A stretch of 64,000 nucleotides of DNA, from IMG/VR virus record IMGVR_UViG_3300047317_000139. One strand, given 5' to 3'. The notes beneath the pieces are model-generated. The model saw only the letters and a list, made by a program, of their open reading frames with translations, did no database searches and was not told where the DNA came from. The position numbers were made by a program, and so were the translations under genes. Shown here piece after piece: positions 25,101-34,936 of this stretch. This DNA is from a virus (Duplodnaviria; Heunggongvirae; Uroviricota; Caudoviricetes). The stretch's first letter is position 1. Each line of letters begins with the position of its first letter.

Positions 25101-26574
25101 GACCGACGACGAGCTCTACGAGGTAGTCAAGGCCCTCTGGGGCTACACCATCCCCAGGCACAAGGTCTGCTCCGACCACGATGCACCGTTCGACGCCTTC
25201 GCCACTGCCTACTTCAACCGAGAGCCGCAGATCCTGATCCACGGCTCTCGTGGTCTGTCCGGGAAGTCCAGGCTGCTCTCGGTGCTGGGACTCACGGTGG
25301 CAGCCATCCAGGGCTCAGACGTGAACATCGTCGGTGGCTCCCTGAACCAGTCGATCAACATCCACAACACCATCCGTGACGCCTGGGAGCACAGCAACGC
25401 TCCCTCCTACCTGGTTCGGGAGGAGTCGGCGACCAAGATCAAGCTCACCAACCGGGCCACGATCATGCCGCTCACGGCCTCCCAGAAGACGGTCCGAGGC
25501 CCGCACCCACCCACTCTGCTGCTCGATGAGATCGACGAGATGGACCAGGCCATCTTCGACGCGGCCAAGGGCCAGCCGATGCCCCAGAAGAACTGGCAGG
25601 GCGACATCATCCGGCCCCGGACCGCGATGTCCTCGACCTGGCAGTACCCGGACAAGACCTTCGCGCACGAGTACGCGCGGTTCCAGGAGGAGGGTCTGCC
25701 GATCTTCACCTGGTGCTACAAGGACACCTCCAACCCGATCGACGGCTGGCTGGACCAGGAAACCATCGACCAGAAGCGCCGTGAGATCCCTGCCGAGATG
25801 TGGCGGGTGGAGTACGACCTCGGTGAGCCCAGCATCGGTTCCCGTGCGATCGACTCGGAGTCGGTGGAGAAGATGTTCTCGCTGCCCGCAGAGGCGATCC
25901 GAGAGTCGGTGAGCAAGGAGCGCCAGGTCCACCGGTTCGAGGATCCCAAGAGCGACGCCGAGTACGTGATCAGCGCGGACTGGGCCAAGGAGCAGGACTG
26001 GACGGTGATCACTGTCTCTGACGTGACCAGGTTCCCGTGCCGGGTCGTGCACTGGTCACGGATGCGCCGGCTGCCCTACCCGGTGATGATCGGGGAGTTC
26101 AACCGGCTGATGAAGGAGTACAACGCCGAGGGCATCCACGACGCGACGGGGCTGGGTGGGGTGGTGGCGGACTACATCGACAGGCGGGCGCGAGGTTTCC
26201 TGATGACCGGAGCCCAGCGGGACAACATGTTGAGCGAGTACGTGAGCTCGATCGAGAACCACCGCTGGCTGGCTCCTCGGGTACCGGTCTTCTACAAGGC
26301 CCACCTGTACGCCTCGGTGGACATGCTCTACGCACGCGGGAAGGAGTTCCACCTCCCCGACGAGATCTGCTCGATGGCACTGGGCTACCGGCTGGTCTCC
26401 AAGCGCGCGATCCCCGCGCACCCGATCATGATCCCGGGTGACGACGGGCCCACCTTCATCGAAGAGGAGATGCGCCAGAACAAGGACGCCCAGCGGAAGC
26501 CCGGGAACTGGGTGGTGGGCAGTGTCCAGAACAAGAGCCAGGAGGTTGCTGAGGACCTGGACCTGATGGTGTGA
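25072..26574 (+). CDS. terL: terminase large subunit
   Basis: P-loop-like LIHGSRGLSGKSRL and the ATPase-coupling LLLDEIDEM are present. The C-terminal nuclease region has acidic motifs (VISADWAKEQDWTVITVSDV). The size is right and the gene lies upstream of the portal. Confidence 0.8.
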   Translation: MSIILGRGPRTDDELYEVVKALWGYTIPRHKVCSDHDAPFDAFATAYFNREPQILIHGSRGLSGKSRLLSVLGLTVAAIQGSDVNIVGGSLNQSINIHNTIRDAWEHSNAPSYLVREESATKIKLTNRATIMPLTASQKTVRGPHPPTLLLDEIDEMDQAIFDAAKGQPMPQKNWQGDIIRPRTAMSSTWQYPDKTFAHEYARFQEEGLPIFTWCYKDTSNPIDGWLDQETIDQKRREIPAEMWRVEYDLGEPSIGSRAIDSESVEKMFSLPAEAIRESVSKERQVHRFEDPKSDAEYVISADWAKEQDWTVITVSDVTRFPCRVVHWSRMRRLPYPVMIGEFNRLMKEYNAEGIHDATGLGGVVADYIDRRARGFLMTGAQRDNMLSEYVSSIENHRWLAPRVPVFYKAHLYASVDMLYARGKEFHLPDEICSMALGYRLVSKRAIPAHPIMIPGDDGPTFIEEEMRQNKDAQRKPGNWVVGSVQNKSQEVAEDLDLMV

Positions 26575-26595
26575 CACCGATGGGAGACTGAAGAC

Positions 26596-28455
26596 ATGGC
26601 TGACGTGAGGCTCCCCCAGGGAGACATCTCCACCTGGGACGAGGACAACGCTGGCGACGAGATCCCCCAGCGCGTCGGCCCGATGGAAGAGCTCGGTGTC
26701 TCCGGGCTGAAGCGGGTCTCGGGCTACATCGACGAGGAGTTCCTGCCGGCGCTGCGTGGCCGCAAGGCGGTCCGGGTCTACCGGGAGATGGCGTCCAACG
26801 ACTCCATGGTCGGGGCGCTGCTGTTCAGCATCGACAAGTTGATCCGCGAGGTCGAATGGAAGGTCCTCCCTCCCGAGGGTGGCAAGGAGGGCGAGCAGGC
26901 CCAGGAGTTCCTCGAACAGTGCATGGAGGACATGTCTCACAGCTGGGACGACCTGATCGGCGAGATCCTCTCGATGATGACCTACGGCTGGTCCTGGCAC
27001 GAGATCGTCTACAAGAAGCGGATCGGGCCCTGGGAGAAGGATCCACGGAAGCGCTCGAAGTACACGGACGGCAAGATCGGCTGGCGGAAGATGCCGATCC
27101 GCGCGCAGGAGACGCTGATGCGCTGGTCCTTCGACGAGACCGGCGGGATCAGGGCAATGGTCCAGATGGCCCCGCCCCGGTACGCGACCACAGTGATCCC
27201 GATCGAGAAGAGCATCCTGTTCCGGACCTCCATCGCCAAGGGCAACCCCGAGGGTCTGTCCCTGCTCCGTAGCTCCTACCGCTCCTGGTACTTCAAGAAG
27301 CGCCTGGAGGAGTTCGAGGCGATCGGCGTTGAGCGAGACTTGGCGGGCATGCCTGTAGGAAGGGTCCCCGCGGACTACCTGACGGCGGCCAAGGGGACGC
27401 CTCAGGCGAAGACCGTGGATGCCTTCAAGAAGATGGTCCGCGGGGTCAGGCGTGACGAGAACGAGGGTCTGGTCCTGCCCACCCAGTACGACCCGGACAC
27501 CAAGCAGCCGCTCTTCGACTTCGAGCTGATGAGCTCGGGTGGCACCCGTCAGTTCGACACCAACGGGATCATCAACCGCTACGAGCAGCGGATCCTGATG
27601 AGCGTGCTGGCTGACTTCATCCTGGTCGGGCACGAGGACACCGGCTCCTACAGCCTGCACACCGACAAGACCGGCATCTTCCGGGCCGCTCTGAACGCCA
27701 TCACCAAGTCCATCGCAGATACTCTGAACCGGTACGCCGTGCCTCGGCTGTTCGCGGTGAACGGCTGGAAGCTCGACGAGCTGCCCCGGTTCGAGCCCAC
27801 CAACGTGGACCCGCCGGCCCTGGACCAGCTGGCTGCCTTCATCTCCTCGACCGCTGGAGCCGGCATGCAGTGGTTCCCGGACCCGGAGCTGGAGAAGTAC
27901 ATCCGCGAGATCGCTCGCCTGCCCGAGATGACCGACGAGGACGTGGACTACAAGCGGATCATGCTGGAGCAGCAGCAGGCCATGGAGTACGGCTCGGGGC
28001 AGATGGAGCTGCTCGGTCTGCAGCAGAAGGCTCAGATGACGGCACAGGGGATGACCCCGGAGCAGGCTCAGCTCCACTCCGAGACTCCGCACCCGGCGAC
28101 TGCGGACGCTCAGGCCCAGCAGGCGCAGATGCAGGCCGAGGCCACCAACCAGCCCCCGCCCGAGGACCCGAACGCAGGACCGCAGCATCAGCGCGAGAAG
28201 GAGAAGATGCTGCTGGCGGAGAAGACCGCTCAGAGTGCACACTCGCGCGAGAAGGAGAAGATGCGGCTGCAGGACGTGATGGCGAACCGGGACCACAAGC
28301 GGACCAAGGAGCAGATCCGGATCAAGGACCGCTCAGCCGCCACGAACACCAAGCTGAAGCTCCAGCAGCAGAAGGCCCAGAAGCCGGTCAACGCGCTGGC
28401 CGCGAAGAAGACTGCGAAGACGGCGAAGAAGCCGCCGCCGAAGAAGGGACGCTGA
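26596..28455 (+). CDS. portal protein
   Basis: Sits directly after terminase. At 619 aa it has a conserved-looking core and a C-terminal low-complexity Gln/Lys-rich tail typical of portals. Confidence 0.65.
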   Translation: MADVRLPQGDISTWDEDNAGDEIPQRVGPMEELGVSGLKRVSGYIDEEFLPALRGRKAVRVYREMASNDSMVGALLFSIDKLIREVEWKVLPPEGGKEGEQAQEFLEQCMEDMSHSWDDLIGEILSMMTYGWSWHEIVYKKRIGPWEKDPRKRSKYTDGKIGWRKMPIRAQETLMRWSFDETGGIRAMVQMAPPRYATTVIPIEKSILFRTSIAKGNPEGLSLLRSSYRSWYFKKRLEEFEAIGVERDLAGMPVGRVPADYLTAAKGTPQAKTVDAFKKMVRGVRRDENEGLVLPTQYDPDTKQPLFDFELMSSGGTRQFDTNGIINRYEQRILMSVLADFILVGHEDTGSYSLHTDKTGIFRAALNAITKSIADTLNRYAVPRLFAVNGWKLDELPRFEPTNVDPPALDQLAAFISSTAGAGMQWFPDPELEKYIREIARLPEMTDEDVDYKRIMLEQQQAMEYGSGQMELLGLQQKAQMTAQGMTPEQAQLHSETPHPATADAQAQQAQMQAEATNQPPPEDPNAGPQHQREKEKMLLAEKTAQSAHSREKEKMRLQDVMANRDHKRTKEQIRIKDRSAATNTKLKLQQQKAQKPVNALAAKKTAKTAKKPPPKKGR

Positions 28456-28456
28456 G

Positions 28457-31400
28457 ATGCCGTACAAGAGTGCTGCACAGCGCCGGTTCATGCACGCTCG
28501 CCACCCGGACATCGCCTCCCGCTGGGACGCTGAGATCAGGACCGCGAAGAAGAAGGGGAAGTACCGCAAGCCGCCCGAGCGGGTCGAGAAGATGTCGGCC
28601 AAGGACTCCGGCTGGCTGAAGCCCGTCATCGCCGGCACGGTCGCTGGTGGACTGGCCAACCAGTTCCCGCGCGTGCAGGACATCGAGCGAGCCCATCGTC
28701 GGAAGAAGAAGGGGCTCGTGAAGAAGATGCTGCTCCCGCTCTCCGACGACCCTGACTTCAACCAGGAGGCTGCTCAGCGGGCGTTCGACCTGGTGATGAA
28801 GATGGACGATGACACCGCCGAGATGTTCACCCACATCATGGTGGCCGAGCTGTTCACCGACGACATCGAGAAGAATCTCGGTGCTCTGCAGCACCACCTG
28901 GACGACGTGATCGCCAAGCGCGTCGAGCTGATCAAGCAGTCCCACCTCCGGATGGTCAGCAAGGGCATGGACCCCGAGCAGTCGGTGGCCTACGCCCAGG
29001 CGCTGGCGCTGATCTCCAAGGCCGTGGAGTGGGAGGAGAAGCTCCACCCCCGTGGTACGGCTGGTCGGTTCCGGACCAAGATCACCCACAACCAGGCCAA
29101 GGAGCTGCACCCGAAGACGGCACAGGCTCTGTTGGGTGTGGACACTCCCAGCCATCACCAGGCCTCGAACCACAAGCTCACCTCACCGGAGCGCACCCAG
29201 TTCCAGGATGAGTACCGGCAGCTGGCCGACTTCCTGTCCTCGGTGAACCAGTCCACCGGTGGGAGCGGCAACCACGAGGTGACCCTGCACTTCCAGGACC
29301 GCACTGGTCGCCAGTTCATGGAGCGGATGACGGGCACCCGCCCGGACGCTCAGCTCCTGGCTGACCCCAGCCTGACTCTGATCGGAGCCGAGGCTCGTCC
29401 GACCACGCTCACCGCTGGTGGTGCTGCCTTCGGTCTGGCTGGTGCGATGGGCACCAACATGTCTCCGTCCCAGGTCGGGGTGGTGAACGCTGCCAGCCGC
29501 AGTGGTGGCGCGTTCGCCGACCAGTGGACCCAGGCTGGGGATGCTGCACACTCCAACGCCAAGCTCTACGGCCGTACGGCTGCGGCTGGTCAGTTCCTGA
29601 GTGCAGTCGGTCCTCCGGGATCCAAGGCTCAGCTCGCCGGCAAGTTCGCCGAGATCGTCGGGAACGCGGGCCCGCAGGCGGAGAACGTGCTCGGTCCCAC
29701 AGCCCGGAAGACCGCCTACCGGTACCGGGGCACCGAGAAGACCCCGGACACCGAGCTCGTGCGCTCGTACGGGACGGGCATCGAGCAGGGCAAGCAGGCC
29801 GGTGTGGAGACCGGTGGCGCTCCGCTGTCGATGACCCAGATGGTGGCTCGTCGGAAGGCTCTGTCGGACCGTGCTCCTACCTGGGATGAGCGGGAGCTGG
29901 GCCGTCGCGCGGTGCTGTCGAACCTCCGGGAGACGCTGCCCAGCCAGGGGCTGTACGCCCTGCAGCTGGCCTCTGGGAACACTCCGCCCTCCGAGGGCGT
30001 GATCATCAACGCCGATGGGCAGCTGGCCACTCAGGCAGTGGGCTACGCCGATGACCACTACCTGCCGTTCAACCTGAAGAACCTGAAGGCGCTGAAGGGC
30101 GGGGAGTACATCCGGACTCGCTCGGTGGGCGGGCTGACCGCTGAGGACGTCTACACCGGTCTGATCTCCGGAGCACGCCAGGTCACGGTGACCTCGCGCT
30201 CGGGCACGTTCACCATGGAGTTCCAGGGTGACCTCCGTGGTGGTCGCCGGTACTCCGACAAGGCGCGTCGGATGACCCGGCGCTACGAGCAGATCCTGGA
30301 CGCGGTGCAGTCCGGGCAGGTGGAGCGGGCTCAGATCCCGCCCGAGATCAAGGCCACCATCGCGCGGCAGGTCCGGGAGCAGAACCCCGGCGAGGGCAAC
30401 GTGACGATCCGAAACATCATCAAGGAGCGGGAGAAGGAGTACCGAAACGACCCGGAGCTGAGCGATGTCGACGAGCAGGCCGCTCGACACCTGGCGATGG
30501 CCCGGTTCAACGACGACAACTCACCGGAGTCCAAGGCCTTCATCCGGCAGCGCCTGAACGACCTGCAGCGGAAGAAGCAGGTCAACTGGCAGCTGAACGG
30601 GGATGGGTACAAGGCTGCACTGGACGCGCTGGCCGAGCAGTTCCCGTACTACATCAAGACCGACTCGCACGTCCTGGACGACGAGGACAAGACCAGCCTG
30701 GAGCCGGACCGTGGCTACGTGGAGCCGGGGCGGAACCGGCCCACTGCGGCTCGGGGTGTGGGGCTGTACGGCACCACGATCAACCCCGGACTGAAGCGAG
30801 AGGGTCTCGCGGCTTCCACGGCCTCGCGCGCGGACTACCAGCGCGGTCGGTTCGAGCCTCGATCCAAGCCCGAGAGCGAGACCACTGAGGCGGGCGAGAA
30901 GAAGGAGGAGTCCAAGGACTCGCCCAAGAAGTTCGCTGCCCAGGTGGCCCAGGACATCAAGCACCGGACAGCGGCCGACTCGCTGTACGACGGGATGCAG
31001 TCTCCCCAGGTCGGGGAGAAGGTGAAGGCTGCCTTCCCCTGGCTGAACGACCGGGACCAGTACAACAAGATGATGGAGTCGCCCGAGGGTCCGGCTGCTG
31101 TGGACGCGCTGGTGTCCGCGATCACTCCGAACCTGTCGGCGTTCCCGCAGGAGGTGCAGAACGCGGCACGGGCCTGGAAGATCTCTGGCGTTCCGGTCGG
31201 TGACCAGAAGTTCGTGGCTGGCCGTTGGCCGACGACACCGATCCCCTTCCCAGGCCCAGGGTTCCAGAAGGGTGCACCGTTGGAGGCCCAGCAGGCTGCT
31301 TTCCGACAGGTCAACTCTGAGTACGGGCGGAGCTTGAAGTTCGGTGGCAATATCGGCTCGCTGAACGATGCCCAGCTGAAGCAGGAGCATGACTCTCTGG

Positions 31401-31963
31401 TGGGTGTGCTGCGCGCGATCCGGGCCAACCCGGACATGGTGCAAGCGGCCAACGAGCAGGGTGCTGAGGTCCGCCGGCAGATCGCTGCGGAGTTCTACGA
31501 CAGCGCTGCTCCGGACACCGTGGCCACTCTGATGAAGCGGCCCGAGCAGATCGAGCACCAGATGCTGAACCTCCAGAAGATGCGGACGCTGAAGGCGAAC
31601 GGGTCTTGGCCGGAGGGCACCGAGTACCAGCACACCGCTCGGGTGCCTGGTGTGTTGAACGAGGCTCAGCCGGCTGCTCCGATCTTCCGCACCGAGAACA
31701 GCGCAGACATCGTCGACGCCGAGGTAGTCGAGGAGCCGGTCAGCAATGAGCCCGAGCGCGCGAAGATGATGAAGCAGATGACTGACCAGCTGGCTCGTAC
31801 GGCTGGACATCGACTGCGGCAGAAGCCGGAGGCGGAGTGGTCTGAGTCTGACTACGACCTGGACACCGCGCTGAAGGACTACGCCGAGAACCCGCCGGCC
31901 AACTCAGCTGAGCTGGATGCCGTCCATGAGCACCTGTACGACCTGCACCGCCGGTCCATCTGA
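28457..31963 (+). CDS. large head-module protein (1168 aa) with a basic N-terminus MPYKSAAQRRFMHA...; possible internal/ejection or morphogenesis protein
   Basis: It follows the portal gene after a 1-nt gap. No recognisable catalytic motif. Unusually large for this position. Confidence 0.5.
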   Translation: MPYKSAAQRRFMHARHPDIASRWDAEIRTAKKKGKYRKPPERVEKMSAKDSGWLKPVIAGTVAGGLANQFPRVQDIERAHRRKKKGLVKKMLLPLSDDPDFNQEAAQRAFDLVMKMDDDTAEMFTHIMVAELFTDDIEKNLGALQHHLDDVIAKRVELIKQSHLRMVSKGMDPEQSVAYAQALALISKAVEWEEKLHPRGTAGRFRTKITHNQAKELHPKTAQALLGVDTPSHHQASNHKLTSPERTQFQDEYRQLADFLSSVNQSTGGSGNHEVTLHFQDRTGRQFMERMTGTRPDAQLLADPSLTLIGAEARPTTLTAGGAAFGLAGAMGTNMSPSQVGVVNAASRSGGAFADQWTQAGDAAHSNAKLYGRTAAAGQFLSAVGPPGSKAQLAGKFAEIVGNAGPQAENVLGPTARKTAYRYRGTEKTPDTELVRSYGTGIEQGKQAGVETGGAPLSMTQMVARRKALSDRAPTWDERELGRRAVLSNLRETLPSQGLYALQLASGNTPPSEGVIINADGQLATQAVGYADDHYLPFNLKNLKALKGGEYIRTRSVGGLTAEDVYTGLISGARQVTVTSRSGTFTMEFQGDLRGGRRYSDKARRMTRRYEQILDAVQSGQVERAQIPPEIKATIARQVREQNPGEGNVTIRNIIKEREKEYRNDPELSDVDEQAARHLAMARFNDDNSPESKAFIRQRLNDLQRKKQVNWQLNGDGYKAALDALAEQFPYYIKTDSHVLDDEDKTSLEPDRGYVEPGRNRPTAARGVGLYGTTINPGLKREGLAASTASRADYQRGRFEPRSKPESETTEAGEKKEESKDSPKKFAAQVAQDIKHRTAADSLYDGMQSPQVGEKVKAAFPWLNDRDQYNKMMESPEGPAAVDALVSAITPNLSAFPQEVQNAARAWKISGVPVGDQKFVAGRWPTTPIPFPGPGFQKGAPLEAQQAAFRQVNSEYGRSLKFGGNIGSLNDAQLKQEHDSLVGVLRAIRANPDMVQAANEQGAEVRRQIAAEFYDSAAPDTVATLMKRPEQIEHQMLNLQKMRTLKANGSWPEGTEYQHTARVPGVLNEAQPAAPIFRTENSADIVDAEVVEEPVSNEPERAKMMKQMTDQLARTAGHRLRQKPEAEWSESDYDLDTALKDYAENPPANSAELDAVHEHLYDLHRRSI

Positions 31964-33918
31964 TGACAGCAACCCCGTACGTCGAGCTCAGGTTCAACCC
32001 GACTGATCTGCGGCCCCGGGACCTCCCCAAGACGGCGGAGTTCCTGGGGAAGCCATCGGACGCGATAGAGGCTGCGCTGTGGGCTGCTCGGATGCGGATG
32101 ATCGAGGAGCTGAGGGACGAGGTCCGGGGGATGGTAGAGCCCACCCAGGCCTCGCTGCTGCGTGCTGCTGACCTGGCCTGGCAGGCAGTGTTCTGGCGGT
32201 ACCGGAAGATCTCAGCCCCGATCATGGCCGATGCCTACATCCGCGCGTACCGGGCTGCTGGAGCCGGTGATGTGCCGATGAGCGTGATCTACGACCTGGC
32301 TGACAAGCATGCGGAGAAGATCGGGGACTACTTCCACAACACCTCTCGTGACGCGCTGGCCGAGGGCTTCAACACCCTGGTCAACCGCAGGGTGCCAGCC
32401 AAGGCTGCGGCGGATCGAATCCTGGATGCCTACGGACTGACCCCGCGCCAGATGCGTGGGTTCACCTCGAACAAGCAGCTCATGATGTCGGTGGAGTCGG
32501 TCTCTCCGCTGGACGTGAAGGCTCGCGCGCGGGCCTACATCGACCGCTCCTTCACCCAGCGAGTCCGGAAGCTGGCGAACCAGGAGGAGCACAACATCGA
32601 CGAGCAGGCGAAGCAGTTCGCCTGGATGTGGATGCAGGACAAGGGGAAGATCTCCCCCAACGCTCAGAAGATGTGGGTCACCGCTCACGACGAGCGGGTC
32701 TGCCCGGTGTGCGGGCCTCTGCACGGTCAGAAAGTGGGGGTCAACGAACAGTTCCGGTCCCACGTCGGACAGTTCTGGACACCTGGCCTGCACCCGAACT
32801 GCCGGTGCGTGGTGCGGCTGATCGAGAACCGGTTCTCCAAGGTGCTGGTCCGCAAGGACGACTGGGACCCCAGGGAGCACCCGCGCGGGGGCGACCCGGA
32901 GAATCGTGGTCGGTTCTCTCGGGTGGCCGAGCGGCCTCAGGGAGACGTGATCAACATCGCGGAGCCTGATGTGATCGCGCCGGCTTCTCCGGTAGCTGAC
33001 ATCTTGGACAGCGTCCTGGCGGACATCCAGCTCCAGGCTGGAGCGTTGCGCCCGATCGCAGACATCGTGGCTCCTGCAGACATCACTGCACCGGTGGTTG
33101 ACATCACTCTGCCGGTGGCGGACATCGACGTGGCTCCAGTAGCAGACATCGCAGACGCTCCGGTAGCAGACATCCTGGGGCTGCTGCGAACGACACCCGT
33201 GGCTCCGCAGGTCTCCGACATCACGGTGGTCCAGAAGCCCAAGAAGAGGTTTGTTCAGTACCAGCATGTTCGCGACTTGTCGCAGCCCTACTACGCAGTC
33301 GTGGAGGGTGCTGTTGGTTCCCACCAGTTCGACCAGACGACCTTCTCTGCTGACCGGGAGCAGGTGATTAACGATGCTGCGGACACCCGAGAGAACGTGA
33401 TCAACGACATCATGCGAACACACGTCGTCGGCGGGGAGGTGAAGTACTCCGAGATGGTGGGCTCTTACGGTGTGCCTCTGCAGGCTCGGATACCTGCTGA
33501 GGAGTTCCGGAACATTCTGGAGGCTGCGGCACAGCACTACACGTCGGAACCGCCATACGACGCGATGATCGACGTGGACTACTACGACCCAGACGGCCAG
33601 GAGGGGGACGCTCCGATTGAGACCACTGGGCGGACGGTGCTGGACATCATTCACGCGGTGGGTGTCGACGCCGATCATCTAGAGGTCAGCGTGGTGATGT
33701 TGGACCAGGTGCACTCCGAGGACGTTGGTCGAGGAACTGCCCAGCGTGGTGAGCGTGTGGGACATCTATACGACCAGTACGACGTCACCGGAGATTACGT
33801 GGTGAACGACTGGCAGCCGGAGTACGAGGAAGGCACGGGGACCCCGAACGGGGTAGACATCTACTACATCCAGCCTCACGATCCAGCCACCGGCTGGATG
33901 GAGGAGCCCGCCGACTAG
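31963..33918 (+). CDS. MuF-like (SPP1 gp7-like) minor head / head morphogenesis protein with a repeat linker and a C-terminal domain of unknown function
   Basis: Carries the diagnostic motif HDERVCPVCGPLHGQ...LHPNCRCVV of the Phage_Mu_F family. This is followed by about ten (A/V)DI repeats (PVADIL, PIADIV, PVVDIT, PVADID...) and a ~250-aa C-terminal domain. Confidence 0.7.
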   Translation: MTATPYVELRFNPTDLRPRDLPKTAEFLGKPSDAIEAALWAARMRMIEELRDEVRGMVEPTQASLLRAADLAWQAVFWRYRKISAPIMADAYIRAYRAAGAGDVPMSVIYDLADKHAEKIGDYFHNTSRDALAEGFNTLVNRRVPAKAAADRILDAYGLTPRQMRGFTSNKQLMMSVESVSPLDVKARARAYIDRSFTQRVRKLANQEEHNIDEQAKQFAWMWMQDKGKISPNAQKMWVTAHDERVCPVCGPLHGQKVGVNEQFRSHVGQFWTPGLHPNCRCVVRLIENRFSKVLVRKDDWDPREHPRGGDPENRGRFSRVAERPQGDVINIAEPDVIAPASPVADILDSVLADIQLQAGALRPIADIVAPADITAPVVDITLPVADIDVAPVADIADAPVADILGLLRTTPVAPQVSDITVVQKPKKRFVQYQHVRDLSQPYYAVVEGAVGSHQFDQTTFSADREQVINDAADTRENVINDIMRTHVVGGEVKYSEMVGSYGVPLQARIPAEEFRNILEAAAQHYTSEPPYDAMIDVDYYDPDGQEGDAPIETTGRTVLDIIHAVGVDADHLEVSVVMLDQVHSEDVGRGTAQRGERVGHLYDQYDVTGDYVVNDWQPEYEEGTGTPNGVDIYYIQPHDPATGWMEEPAD

Positions 33919-33940
33919 CGCGAGTGAGGACGATGGAGAC

Positions 33941-34936
33941 ATGAGCGACATCCACGAGCTGCTGGCCACGGACGAGACGTTCCGCGAGGTCGCTGATCTG
34001 CTGTTCGGTGGCGGAGGAGATGAGCTCATCTCCAAGATCAGCCCGACTCAGTCTGATCTGGCCACTCACGACAAGCGCAAGCGCATGACCACTGCGGGTC
34101 TGAGCGCTATCGGAGCCACGGCTGGTGCAGCTGGTCTGGGTCTGGCCGGCAAGGAGACCTACCACGGGATCAAGAACGCCCCGAAGGGCCTGTCGGCGAC
34201 CGGAAAGCTCGTGCACGCGGCGAAGACCAAGAAGCTCGCCACTGCGCTGGTCCCGCTGGAGGTGGCAGGCCTGGGTGGTGAGCTGATGGCCACCAAGATC
34301 CTGCACGGAGACACCAAGAAGAAGATCCCGGTCTCCAAGGCCTCCGACCTGCTGCTGAACAACGCCAGCGAGATCCCCACCTCCAAGGGCAAGCTGACCC
34401 GGGCTGTGATCTCCAGCCCCAAGGTCCGGAAGAAGGGGGTGGAGTACACCAAGAAGGGCGCGGGTGTGCTGAAGCGAGTCCCGGACAAGCTGGTCACCCA
34501 CCACAAGGTCGAGAAGGCCGACACCGAGATCGACGTGGTCTGGGAGGGCGACTTCGCCAAGGCCGACGCTGACAAGCAGCAGGTCTTCGGCTGGGCCAGC
34601 GTGGTAGAGGTGGACGGCCAGCCGGTGGTGGACCTGCAGGGCGACTACATCTCCACCGACGAGATGGAGAAGGCTGGCTACCAGTACGTGATGAAGTCCC
34701 GGAAGGGTGGCGACATGCACCTGAGGGACAACTGGGCTCCGATCCAGAAGTCGGAGATGATCGAGAGCTTCATCGTCACCCCCGAGAAGCGGGACGCGAT
34801 GGGCCTGCCGGACTCGGTGCCGACCGGCTGGTGGGTCGGGTTCCAGGTCCAGGACCAGCAGGTCTGGAGCGACATCAAGGACGGGAAGCGGACCGGGTTC
34901 TCCATCCACGGTCACGGGAAGCGGAGCCCGGCATGA
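33941..34936 (+). CDS. XkdF-like (peptidase S78-2-like) putative prohead protease with a Lys-rich N-terminal extension
   Basis: The C-terminal QQVFGWASVVEVDGQPVVDLQGDYISTDEMEKAGYQYV...GDMHLRD...GWWVGFQVQDQQVWSDIKDGKRTGFSIHGHG resembles the XkdF family pattern. Confidence 0.5.
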   Translation: MSDIHELLATDETFREVADLLFGGGGDELISKISPTQSDLATHDKRKRMTTAGLSAIGATAGAAGLGLAGKETYHGIKNAPKGLSATGKLVHAAKTKKLATALVPLEVAGLGGELMATKILHGDTKKKIPVSKASDLLLNNASEIPTSKGKLTRAVISSPKVRKKGVEYTKKGAGVLKRVPDKLVTHHKVEKADTEIDVVWEGDFAKADADKQQVFGWASVVEVDGQPVVDLQGDYISTDEMEKAGYQYVMKSRKGGDMHLRDNWAPIQKSEMIESFIVTPEKRDAMGLPDSVPTGWWVGFQVQDQQVWSDIKDGKRTGFSIHGHGKRSPA

